Source: Planktothrix sp. GU0601_MAG3
Lineage (GTDB): Bacteria > Cyanobacteriota > Cyanobacteriia > Cyanobacteriales > Microcoleaceae
NCBI GenBank assembly: GCA_035193785.1
Contig: CP136572.1
Coordinates: forward strand, 1,344,001-1,408,000
DNA length: 64,000 bases
Direction of reading: 5' to 3'
Positions 11,401 through 19,302 of this stretch are shown in pieces (positions within the stretch are counted from its first letter, which is position 1; each line of letters starts with the position of its first letter). The notes under the pieces were generated by a model, which worked only from the letters and a program-made list of their open reading frames with translations, was not told where the DNA came from and searched no databases. Position numbers and translations under genes: made by a program.

Positions 11401-11552
11401 TGCTGATGGTTTATTTCTTCGGTTTGGGGTCTCTGTGGGGCTGCGAGGGTGTTGTCCATTGGGCGAATATCTGTCAGGGATTTCGCTTGAATGGCTGTTT
11501 GATTGGCGGGTTCTTCTTGATGGCGATTCTGTTTTTTTAGTTGTATTTTCAT
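8421..11552 (-). CDS. DUF4157 (eCIS core) protein with acidic 19-aa repeats and C-terminal Ntox11-like toxin domain
   Basis: KLTVGQAGDKYEQEAD pre-motif, QREGEEEEE(V/L)QAK repeats, DUF4157 (LIAHELTHVVQQ), then ALSHGGRV...RIASSH...HYGMDIPLGG...DGRHGHIYIYY...LIGAETS. Confidence 0.8.
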   Translation of the reverse strand: MKIQLKKQNRHQEEPANQTAIQAKSLTDIRPMDNTLAAPQRPQTEEINHQQIQKKQGFNFAEIPISGKTEGSAARVQPKFNLSLQKKLTVGQAGDKYEQEADHVAEKVVKQINTPTTEKATSSKGVQRQEEEEIQAKADISDLQREGEEEEEVQAKADSSAIQREGEEEEEVQAKADSSAIQREGEEEEEVQAKADSSAIQREGEKEEELQAKSDSSAIQREGEEEEELQAKSDSSAIQREGEEEEELQAKSDSSAIQREGEEEEELQAKSDISAIQREGEEEEELQAKPQNKALGGGAVSTDIETTIQSAKSGGSPLDAGLQSKMGKAMGADFSGVKVHTDSQSDKLNRSLSSRAFATGPNLFFKQGEYNPGSRSGQELIAHELTHVVQQGASPVQAKRESVTHSTGANSVMLQMKKYIVKDNAHARDESLKNEGIKYKSGQEIEISDDPKEHKIEATGNNKWYRIKGSNPPQYIRATRLQLYGTYIPQEKRVKESDVKTENDKKDGTKKRSTEIVKDLLKVEKRNFKDKHGDTKTEEMTLAKQIDLGKDFLTDEAVKAIEELSAIPNGKTFLSQNGMLTQEEVAEIAVDKKVFGDWERVEEHDFRRGLGEIVPDVRGEAVLSPIKRLQIATYQRDLGIKNEKFRQTPGYLRYEANQLKKGSQEHKKNIYEKDTKMWEQTLENKTNSEDKSLEKYKEQTESANSILRRIFIILHDGLKYRDDQKQNIFKDWDESVAVALSHGGRVMINLPPIKQNENENEFIQWLFGASPESDLTRKPQSYDKIKNPNNKSDHYKAKVDTRIASSHNVKVTESSLEEEKSNTFDIKGKTGLKSTIKHYGMDIPLGGLGNEDLAGDAILPDGRHGHIYIYYRPPSLTLPGSVLIGAETSRMAHTDVFGMYHDQRGAPAEFSSTGTSKGGRIGGEFGGRVVDYTKTGTKTEKHLIGKDTTKNVLEVKDSNWLQRLRRAEQNVQAGLITSKELVGKASKEVEQKLFAERPSKIPEEQPLSTENANNSASLETEEENINQETENNLNTEQKEEEQP
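10686..11175. repeat. 57-bp coding tandem repeat (~8 copies)
   Basis: Unit ttagcttgaagttcttcctcttcttccccttctctttgaatggcagaactatcagat, encoding IQREGEEEEELQAKSDSSA. Confidence 0.9.
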
Positions 11553-11640
11553 TATCAGACCCCATTACTTGCAGCTTAATATATTGACCAAGGCAGGTTG
11601 CATATTTATTAATTCTATCAAATAAGTTGATAACTAAATC

Positions 11641-11654
11641 TATACCTAAGTCTA
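11641..11654 (-). promoter_or_regulatory. Candidate regulator box (TATACC-TA-AGTCTA) with extended -10 TGATAGAAT downstream
   Basis: 89 bp upstream of the start at 11552; minus-strand TGATAGAAT at 11620-11612. Confidence 0.5.
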
Positions 11655-11757
11655 ATTTTAGTTTTACAAGCAGAAAAAATTTAGGGGAGTTGATGCGATC
11701 GCGACTATCATTTTTAACTAAGTAGGTATGCAGGAATAAACCTTACCACCTACTTAC

Positions 11758-11916
11758 CTAATAGGACTGGGAATCAACTAAATAGGCGATTTCCTGAACC
11801 CAACGTTGTCGTTCTCGGTGGTCTAAATTCAGAATCTCCTCCCGTGACCAATGAAAGTGGAATGCAATAAAGGCTACCTCCCGATATAACTCCTCTTGGG
11901 GGTAGCCTACAACTCC
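11758..11916 (-). CDS. DUF6760-like small ORF; probable -1 frameshift extension of the upstream tail assembly chaperone
   Basis: Not in the ORF track. Reads GVVGYPQEELYREVAFIAFHFHWSREEILNLDHRERQRWVQEIAYLVDSQSY*. No ATG; it overlaps the upstream stop in the -1 frame. Confidence 0.75.
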   Translation of the reverse strand, partial: GVVGYPQEELYREVAFIAFHFHWSREEILNLDHRERQRWVQEIAYLVDSQSY

Positions 11917-12230
11917 CCCGTGGTAGAAATTGCCGATTCTGGGGGGTTAATGGCGTTGTAAATTTCCTGTAAATATTCCCAATCCTTGAGAAACAGTCCT
12001 TCTAAATCTTCTGGGGTGACGGGGGATAATTCCCCTAACTGGACAATCACCCGTGAAAGCAGGATCAGAGTCCCATAGGCCGGATTTTCCCAGCTACGGG
12101 CGTCGGTTTGGTACAATTCATCTTTGCCTGTAGCTAGACGCATTTCCCCGTCCTGATGTCGTTGGTCTTGGTTGTCCAGTAACCCGACGGGTAGGGAAAA
12201 ACTAAAGGTGATCGGAGAATTATTTTCCAT
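11907..12230 (-). CDS. Tail assembly chaperone-like protein of eCIS (paralogue 2)
   Basis: FSLPVGLLD....H..GEMRLATGKDE...ENPAY..LILLSRVIVQLG....V....LEGLF..D..YLQ.+Y..IN; paralogous to 12354-12695. Confidence 0.75.
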   Translation of the reverse strand: MENNSPITFSFSLPVGLLDNQDQRHQDGEMRLATGKDELYQTDARSWENPAYGTLILLSRVIVQLGELSPVTPEDLEGLFLKDWEYLQEIYNAINPPESAISTTGEL

Positions 12231-12353
12231 CAAACATAGTTATAGCAAGAGGGAATAGGCAATAGGGAATAGGTAATAGGTAAATACTTATTATGAGCAG
12301 CTTTTAGCTTTTAAGAATGTCCTAATAGATGTGGCAACTGCTATAATTTTGTA

Positions 12354-12695
12354 TTATTCAGGTTGATCATAAACTGAGGATGGATTGGGAGGGTTGGGTT
12401 GATCTTCCTCTAATTCGTTAATGTGGCGATAAAACTTTTGTAAATAGCTTAAATCGGAGGCAAATAGATTTTCAATTACCATGGGTGAAATTTCTTCCAA
12501 AGTGCCTAGCTGGGTAATAACACGAGAGAGAATAATTACAGTAGCATAGGCTGGATTTGATTTAACTCTGGGGTCGCGCATGGGCACAATTTCATCAATA
12601 GCCCGGGATAATCGCATTACACCTTGACGGTGACAATCCCCCTGTTCATCTAGGTATCCTTTGGGTAGGGTAAACTCAAATTCAGTTTGGATCAT
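12354..12695 (-). CDS. Tail assembly chaperone-like protein of eCIS (paralogue 1)
   Basis: MIQTEFEFTLPKGYLD..G..HRQGVMRL..AIDEI.P+RDPRV..NPAY..VIILSRVI..LG; conserved eCIS gene after the tube genes. Confidence 0.8.
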   Translation of the reverse strand: MIQTEFEFTLPKGYLDEQGDCHRQGVMRLSRAIDEIVPMRDPRVKSNPAYATVIILSRVITQLGTLEEISPMVIENLFASDLSYLQKFYRHINELEEDQPNPPNPSSVYDQPE

Positions 12696-13216
12696 GACAA
12701 GGATTTGGGAAGGAGAGGAACTCGCTTAAAGCTTTCTACCGCTAATTCTAGTTGCTCAAAAGCGAGATCTGAACCAGAAACAACACTATCAGCAACGGTG
12801 TAGGAAACAGGCCAAGCACCTTTAAAATTAAACCGAGCGCCTTCGTCACTACTTTGGCGATAGATAACTAAAGAACCATCATAGCTTTGAGTTGCCCATT
12901 GACCGGCTTGCACATTTTCAATCCACTTCCATAAGGTAGTTGATGCACTTAGACCCCGACGCAAATTAATATTATTAACCTTTTCATTTCCCGGCATTTT
13001 TGTTCTTAGGACTCGTCCCCGTTTGGCTTTCCCCCAAGGTTGAGGAAAAACTTCAGCTAATTCTATTAAACTTTGGGTATATTTAAACCCTTTGCATTCC
13101 ATAAAATAAGCATCAACAGGCTCGCTGCTGCCATTCAGTTTTAACTCAACATAAAACCGAGCAACGGTCAGAATTTCTGATAAATTTTGTTTTAATTGGT
13201 CTTGATTAATTTGCAT
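12692..13216 (-). CDS. Phage T4 gp19-like tail tube protein (3rd paralogue)
   Basis: RFYVEL...F.EC.G...KMPG..K..NINLRRG....LWKW...DGSLVIY....ARFNF.GAWPVSY...LAFEQLELAVE. Confidence 0.88.
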   Translation of the reverse strand: MQINQDQLKQNLSEILTVARFYVELKLNGSSEPVDAYFMECKGFKYTQSLIELAEVFPQPWGKAKRGRVLRTKMPGNEKVNNINLRRGLSASTTLWKWIENVQAGQWATQSYDGSLVIYRQSSDEGARFNFKGAWPVSYTVADSVVSGSDLAFEQLELAVESFKRVPLLPKSLS

Positions 13217-13323
13217 ATCAAGTTAGGTTTATGCTGGGTGAATAGTTGTCTGTTGACGGTTAACTATCAATGATTCAGCTTATTAGGGTCAATCAAAAGC
13301 ATTACTGCATAGTAATTATTTTT

Positions 13324-13394
13324 CCCCATTACCCATTACCCATTACCCATTACCCATTACCCATTACCCATTACCCATTACCCATTACCCATTA
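13324..13394. repeat. Heptamer tandem repeat (CCCATTA)x10, cyanobacterial STRR type
   Basis: Directly visible. Confidence 0.9.
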
Positions 13395-13438
13395 ACCGCC
13401 AACAGCCCATCTGCCAAGCCTCAACACCTGGTTAGAGT

Positions 13439-13942
13439 TTAGTTGCTCCGACCGGAAACCCGCATCATCCCGGCATGGGCAACCTCAATGGTTTCTTTAA
13501 AAATATCAGCACTGTCAGCTTTTACCTGAGTGGTTTTGTATTTAGCGGGAATAGCATCTTTAATATTCCATCGAGCACCTTCGGAACCATTTTGTTTGTA
13601 GAAAACTAGGGAAGCTTCATAACGCCGAGCCATGGTTTGCCGACCGCCCCCTCCCATGGCCTGTGGGTGTGAATCCACATACCATTGCAAGAGGATATCA
13701 TTATCAACGGCGGTGACAAACTCCAGGGTAATGTTTTGATAACTGACGGTGGCGGGAGTGGTTTGTGTATCCGTAGCCATGCCCTTGCGGGTTCCGATGG
13801 GCTTACCCTCAGAAGCCGGATCTATAGTAATTGAAAGTCCACTGGCTTTGGAAATCAGTAACCTTGTATTATTATTAATTTCTAAGTAAAAGCGAGAAAC
13901 CGTCAGGTATTCCATTAGGTTTCTCTGAGTTGCTGCTGTCAT
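13439..13942 (-). CDS. gp19-like tail tube protein (2nd paralogue)
   Basis: SRFYLEI...SGL...QTTP..V.Y.NITL...LLQWY...ASLVFY.Q.G.E.ARWNI.DA.P.KY...ETIEVAH.G. Confidence 0.85.
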   Translation of the reverse strand: MTAATQRNLMEYLTVSRFYLEINNNTRLLISKASGLSITIDPASEGKPIGTRKGMATDTQTTPATVSYQNITLEFVTAVDNDILLQWYVDSHPQAMGGGGRQTMARRYEASLVFYKQNGSEGARWNIKDAIPAKYKTTQVKADSADIFKETIEVAHAGMMRVSGRSN

Positions 13943-14032
13943 TTTAAATATTCCTCCTGATCAATAATTAGATTGATTTTGTTTTGAATTACTGTCGCCC
14001 ATCTAGCCCGATTTGTCGGGGGTATGTTGGCA

Positions 14033-14158
14033 ATTACGAATTACGAATTATCAATTACGAATTAATGAATTAATGAATTAATCAATTAGGAGTTAATGAA
14101 TTAATCAATTAGGAGTTAGCTAATTGTCTCGTAATTCGTAATTCGTAATTCGTAATTC
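14033..14158. repeat. Heptamer repeats (ATTACGA / TCGTAAT) arranged as inverted arms
   Basis: attacgaattacgaatt...tcgtaattcgtaattcgtaattcgtaatt between tube genes 1 and 2. Confidence 0.75.
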
Positions 14159-14166
14159 ATTATATG

Positions 14167-14689
14167 TCATCGACCACTATAGGTAACGGCGGCACCGCTC
14201 ACGGATTTGACTTTATTAATTCGTTCAGCTACCAGTTTCATAGGTTTCTACTGCCAGATCTTGACCTGTGACGTCCGCATCGGCAATGGAGTATTTTTTC
14301 GGCCAAGCGCGTTCTAAATTCCACCGGAGGATTTCCCTGCCGTTGGGGTCATAAACAACAACTGAGCCACTTTTACGGTTATTTGACCAGTTGCCGTTAC
14401 CGCCCTCACTAACGGGTAAGCATTCTTGAAACCATCTGTACATTTGGGCACTCGCACCTTGGGGAGCATCGCAGAGGTAAACTTCAATGGTCATGGCGGG
14501 GTTAGAATCGTAACCACCAGAGGTAGTTTGGCGGTCATGAATTCCGCCTTTTGATGAACCTATGGGTTTAGCATTTCCTGTGACTTTACCTTCATAGGAA
14601 ATTTGAGCCATACTTTTAATTTGAGCCTGAGTAATTCCGTCAAACTCTACATAAAATCGAGACGCAACAGTAGTAACAACTCCGACCAT
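14167..14689 (-). CDS. gp19-like tail tube protein (1st paralogue), 173 aa after frameshift correction at 14235
   Basis: SRFYVEFDG...MYRWF...RKSGSVVVYD..G.EILRWNLERAWPKKYS...LAVETYE. Removing one base gives ...ETYELVAERINKVKSVSGAAVTYSGR*. Confidence 0.88.
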
Positions 14690-14727
14690 GTTTTTATTCC
14701 TTTTCTAAGTTTTTATTGGGCAAATAA

Positions 14728-14804
14728 GGATCACGGATTTAAGAGGATTTCACGAATTTCACGGATTTTAATTAGTTTTAATTGGCGTAATCTTCTGAAA
14801 TCCC
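14728..14804. repeat. Degenerate copy of the GGATCACGGATTTAAG repeat family
   Basis: ggatcacggatttaagaggatttcacgaatttcacggattt matches the ends of the elements at 205-428 and 49442. Confidence 0.75.
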
Positions 14805-14828
14805 CTAAACCCCAAACTCGATTTGTAT

Positions 14829-16632
14829 TTAACCGAATTCGCCTCCGGCTTCTTCGTTTTCATCTCCGGTGATCTGACTCATGCGGAAGATGACGAATTC
14901 AGCCGGGCGCACGGGAGCTACGCCAACTTCAACGTATAAACGGCCTAACAGCATCGTTTGTGGGGTGTTGATTTCTTCGTCACACTTGACGTAGTAGGCT
15001 TGGGCTGGGCCATTACCAACGAGGGCTCCTTGTCGCCAAAGGGAGTCAAGGAAATTACTCAGGGTGCGTTTAACCCGTTGCCAGAGGTCTTCATCGTTGG
15101 GTTCAAAGACGACCCACTGGGTTCCCTGTTCAATGGATTTCTCAATGTAGCTCATCAAGCGACGGACGTTAATATAGCGCCATTGAATATTATCCGCTTC
15201 CACCAGGGTACGGGCTCCCCAAATCCGTAAGCCACGGTTGGGGAAACTGCGGACACAGTTAATTCCCAAGGGGTTTAATAATTCCTGTTCTCGGAAGTTG
15301 CAGTCATAACTCAAACCGACCAGACCACGGGGGACTTCATTGGCGGGAGCCTTATGGACACCTCTGGTTTCATCCACCCGTGACCAGACGCCTGCAACAT
15401 ATCCACAGGGAGGAATGGAAATCGGACGCCCGGCATTCCGGGGGTTGGGAACTTTGATCCAAGGATAGTAGAGGGCCGCAAATTGAGAGCGACGGTTAAA
15501 TTCTTCGGAGAGCCAACGGGCTACATCTTGGGGTTTAACCCGATCAGGAGGGGTATCGAGAATCACCATCCGGTTTGGTGGGTTGGGAATATCACCCGCC
15601 GTCGCACCTTCACTCAGACTGAGCATCATATCCATGATCCCATGAAGCTGATCGAGATTCATCAATCCGGCTTCGTACACGCGCATTAAGTCGGGACAGG
15701 CAACAATGGTCACGTCGTCGATTTCAAATAAACCCCGTACCCCTGTGCGATCATCCCGTCCACCTTCGACATATTGACTGAATAGTTCGGGCCGAACGTC
15801 GAGAGGCGGGGGGCTGACTTCATAGAAGCCATTATTGGGGCGTTTTGCTAGGGGGCTGCCGGTGAGGGAAATGTCTGTGAGCCTAATGTAGCGGGACTCT
15901 TGCAGGGCGCTGAACACATAATCTGCGACGGCGGCATCGGCTTGGGGGTTCATGGTCAGATGTTCGTAGCGTTCTAGCTCTTCGCCATCTTGGGTGATCA
16001 CAACGGTGAAGTATTCCCCTGTGTTGGCGGGCATTACGGTTATTGCCCTTGCACCTGTTGCCCCATCTACCTCTGTGCCTGTACCTGTACCTGTACCTGC
16101 TGATGAGGTTGGGGGTAAGGCGGGGGCGGGGGCGGGGGCGGGGGCTTTGGGTTGTCCCTCGGTAATTCTAACCCGGATGCTTCTCTCGTTGGGTGATAGT
16201 AAAGCACCGTTATTGTTCTCGGTGGAGGCAATTGCGGGATCGCTGAGGGAAAACCGCAGGGCGGGACGTTTGGCGCGGTTTCATCACCTCTGTGCCTAAT
16301 TCCGTTGGTGCTGGGGCAGCAGAACCTGGTAATCTGGTGCCGATACTGGTTACCCAACAACGGCCGCCACCGTTTAAAAACCAGCCGTAAACTGAAAAGG
16401 GCAGGTAGGCGTTGAAGTCGGTGAAGCCGTCGGAATTGGGGCGGGCGAAATATTGGAGGTATTGGCTCCAGGTGGTGACTAACATTGGTTTGAACATTTC
16501 GGCACCACCGCGCACATCTTCGGTAAAGCCTAGAAATCCGGCGATCGCGGTGGAGACTCCTGCTATCGGACGACTTCCTCTATCAACTTCTTCTACATAC
16601 ACACCTGGAGCAAAATAGTCAAGTCTTGCCAT
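14829..16632 (-). CDS. Contractile tail sheath protein (~600 aa after frameshift correction at 16278)
   Basis: N-terminal YFAPGVYVEEVDRGSRPIAGVSTAIAGFLG; C-terminal AALYYPWIKV...PPCG..AG...RGVHKAPAN...LNPLGINC+R.F...G.RIWGARTL...WRYINVRRL...VFEPND...APVRPAEFVIFR. Confidence 0.95.
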
Positions 16633-16803
16633 ATTTGATTTTCCTTATATCAATACTTAGCCTTCGAGTGCTGCACATTAAATTGTTGAGCAGCCCAGAT
16701 CGGGTTTGTCCTGATTACTAATTATTACTATGGGTCGGTTTGTGCCCAATACCGCCGTTTAGTTAATCTCCCTAGATTAAGGTGAAATCTACCTCTGAGG
16801 TTA

Positions 16804-16817
16804 TAGACTTTGGTCGA
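16804..16817. promoter_or_regulatory. Candidate regulator box (TAGACT-TT-GGTCGA) in the sheath/regulator divergent region
   Basis: 6-2-6 imperfect palindrome; minus-strand TAATCT (-10-like) at 16779-16774. Confidence 0.5.
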
Positions 16818-17126
16818 AATTTTTGGCTTTTTAAATAGGTTGTTAATCCTAAAGCTTGGTTGTGGCTGCTCTAAACTTGATCTTAGGTATTTTCTGCCAT
16901 CCAGTTTAGAGGGTTCTCAGCTAATTTTTATTTTCTTTAGTCAAATTATATTTAACATTACTTTATTTTTCTTATTGATTTGTTAGATTTCTATACAAAT
17001 TTGTTGAGAATTGGGTCGTAAAAGTTAAATTTGTATCTGAAGATAGATGTTATATTAGAACATAGTGTTACAGACACAAACTTCCTTCCAGGGCATCAAA
17101 CCAGATTAGTTTTAATTGGACTTGAT

Positions 17127-17927
17127 ATGTGGGTAAATCAACTTAATCACACTCCTAATCAACAGCCTGCAAATGTTTCTAGGCTTGTGCCTAAGAGCAT
17201 TTCACCAGAAACAATTGCGGTTATGCTTGTGGCCTGTGAATTGCCTTTCTGCAAGAGTTTGCAGGTATTACTTAAAGTTTATAACTTGAGTTCATCATGG
17301 CAAATTAAGCTAGTTGGTAACGCGAGTTCAATTAAACCAGTCCTGAGTATGGCCGCCCAATGTCAACCCGGTTTGATTTTCCTAGATTGGGATTTATTTC
17401 AACAGCCGGATGAGGGTATTAAAATTATCAGAAGTTTAAGTCAAAGATCGGAAGAAAATCAGAATCGGAGCAAAATTTTAGTATTGTCTTCTTTGGGAGA
17501 GGAAAGTAGTATTTTTGCGACGATGCAAGCCGGAGCTTGGGGATATTTGTTGAAGGAAAATTTACCGACGCAACTACCTATTGCGATTACGGCGGCGCTG
17601 AATGATCAAGTTTATTTATGTCCAGAAGTTGCAGCCCGATTCTTTCACGCTTTTCAAATTCACCAAGATCAATCAACAGCTACTCAACCCAAGGAATCAT
17701 CCCATCAACTGACAGAATTAAATAGCTATAATCCCTATAATTTAACCAATAGAGAACGGGAAGTCCTAAAATTGCTGGTGGAGGGATACCGCAATCAAGA
17801 AATTGCTGTTTCCCTTTATATTACCGTAGCAACAGTCAAAGCCCATTTAACAACAATATTTGAAAAATTAGACGTAGATAGTCGTAGTCGAGCGATTGTT
17901 CGGTCGTTACATCTGGGTCTTGTTTAA
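17127..17927 (+). CDS. NarL/FixJ-family response regulator (REC + LuxR HTH)
   Basis: LIFLDW, KILVLSS, GAWGYLLKE; C-terminal LTNREREVLKLLVEGYRNQEIAVSLYITVATVKAHLTTIFEKLDV. ATG at 17127 is preferred over TTG at 17031. Confidence 0.9.
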   Translation: MWVNQLNHTPNQQPANVSRLVPKSISPETIAVMLVACELPFCKSLQVLLKVYNLSSSWQIKLVGNASSIKPVLSMAAQCQPGLIFLDWDLFQQPDEGIKIIRSLSQRSEENQNRSKILVLSSLGEESSIFATMQAGAWGYLLKENLPTQLPIAITAALNDQVYLCPEVAARFFHAFQIHQDQSTATQPKESSHQLTELNSYNPYNLTNREREVLKLLVEGYRNQEIAVSLYITVATVKAHLTTIFEKLDVDSRSRAIVRSLHLGLV

Positions 17928-17940
17928 GATAAATTAAAGT

Positions 17941-19213
17941 ATGAGTAATTATTTAGGTATTGCCACTGTCACCGCAACATTGCAGAGGATGTTACAACAA
18001 TCTGTGCAAGTAGATGTGGAGGGGGCAAGGGTGACAACAAGCCGCCCAGAAAATAGCGGGGGAACTCCAGAAACCGGAATTAGCATTTACCTCTACCATT
18101 TGAAGCGCAATACTTCTCTGGGAAATGCCGATATGCCACCCCGTCAAAGGAAAGGAGAATTAACAAAGCGGAATCAATTACCGATAGATTTATACTATCT
18201 GTTAAGTTGTTATGGGAATGAGATCGAATTGGAGCCTCAGCGCCTATTAGGAAGTGCGCTGCGAAACCCTCGAAGATCGAGCGGTTTTGTCAGCCCAAAT
18301 GATTTTAGAAACGGTCAATGATCCGAGTTATCCTTTTTTAGCTAATTCTGATCTATCGGAACAAATTGAGATGATCCGAGCGGAATTTGTGCCGATTTCC
18401 ACGGATGAATTATCGAAAGTTTGGTCAGTCTTTTTTCAAACCCCTTATGTTTTATCTGTGATCTATAAAATTACAGTTGTGGTGTTAGATGGTGAGGAAT
18501 CTGCAATGGTAGCACTTCCGATCCGCGATCGCACCCTAAACGCCTGGACGTTTAGCAAACAACCTTCTGTTGATTTTGTCATGTCAACCGAAGGTCGATA
18601 TCAACCTATTTTCAGCCATAGTACCTTATTAATTCAAGGTAAAATGCTGGCTAATGCCAATGCCTCGATTAGAATTGGGGGTGTGGAAGTGGCACCGAGT
18701 ACGGTGCAAGATCGATCAATTACCTTAGCTTTAACCTTAGTACCACCAGAGGCCCTCCGACCCGGGGTTCAGGGGTTACAGGTGATTCACGGGCGTATGT
18801 TGGAGAGGGGAAGCACGAATGGCCCCATGCAAGAGCGGGTTGAGTCCAATGTGGCTCCGTTTGTGTTGCGACCAGGTATCAAGGAGGTGAATCTGCTGAA
18901 TGGGTCGGGAACGGATGACGAGCTTCGTGATGCTCAGGTCGAAGTGTTGACAGACCTGCGGATCGGTAAAGATCAGCGAGTGATTCTGATTTTAAATGAA
19001 CAGACCGCCCTACAGCCGGCCGCTTACATTTTCAATGCTCAGTCTCGGAGAAGCAATACTTTTCGTCTTCTTTTCTCACTTAAAAACATCAAAAACAGCA
19101 ACTATTTAGTGAGGATTCAAGTGGATGGTGCAGAAAGTCTCTGTCAAATTGATGGCGATCGCCATAGTCCCACCTTTGATCAGTATATTAGTCCAATGAT
19201 CACCATCCCCTAG
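17941..19213 (+). CDS. Pvc16/DUF4255-family eCIS terminator/cap protein (~423 aa after frameshift correction at 18263)
   Basis: MSNYLGIATVTATLQ..L...ISIYLY...N..L.N...LPIDLYYLL...QRLLG...LSKVWSVFFQTPY.LSV.Y...VV; the locus context fits. Confidence 0.85.
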
Positions 19214-19283
19214 TAGTAAGCCCTTCAGGGCTTCTTTATGGTCTATATGCAAATCTGGCTCAGAGTCCTAAAGGACTCACTAC
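19213..19283. repeat. GTAG-type REP doublet (REPIN-like)
   Basis: GTAGTAAGCCCTTCAGGGCT ... AGTCCTAAAGGACTCACTAC; same family at 53521 and 62665. Confidence 0.8.
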
Positions 19284-19302
19284 AATTGAATTTTTATTCA
19301 AA

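Noticed and set aside
8421..11552. Absence of HIP1 sites as proof of recent horizontal transfer (also 21405-23805)
   Set aside because: HIP1 occurs only about once per 2-2.5 kb in this window, so gaps of this size are not significant.
11758..16632. Prophage tail region
   Set aside because: No capsid, portal, terminase or integrase; Pvc16, AAA+ ATPase and DUF4157 genes indicate an eCIS.
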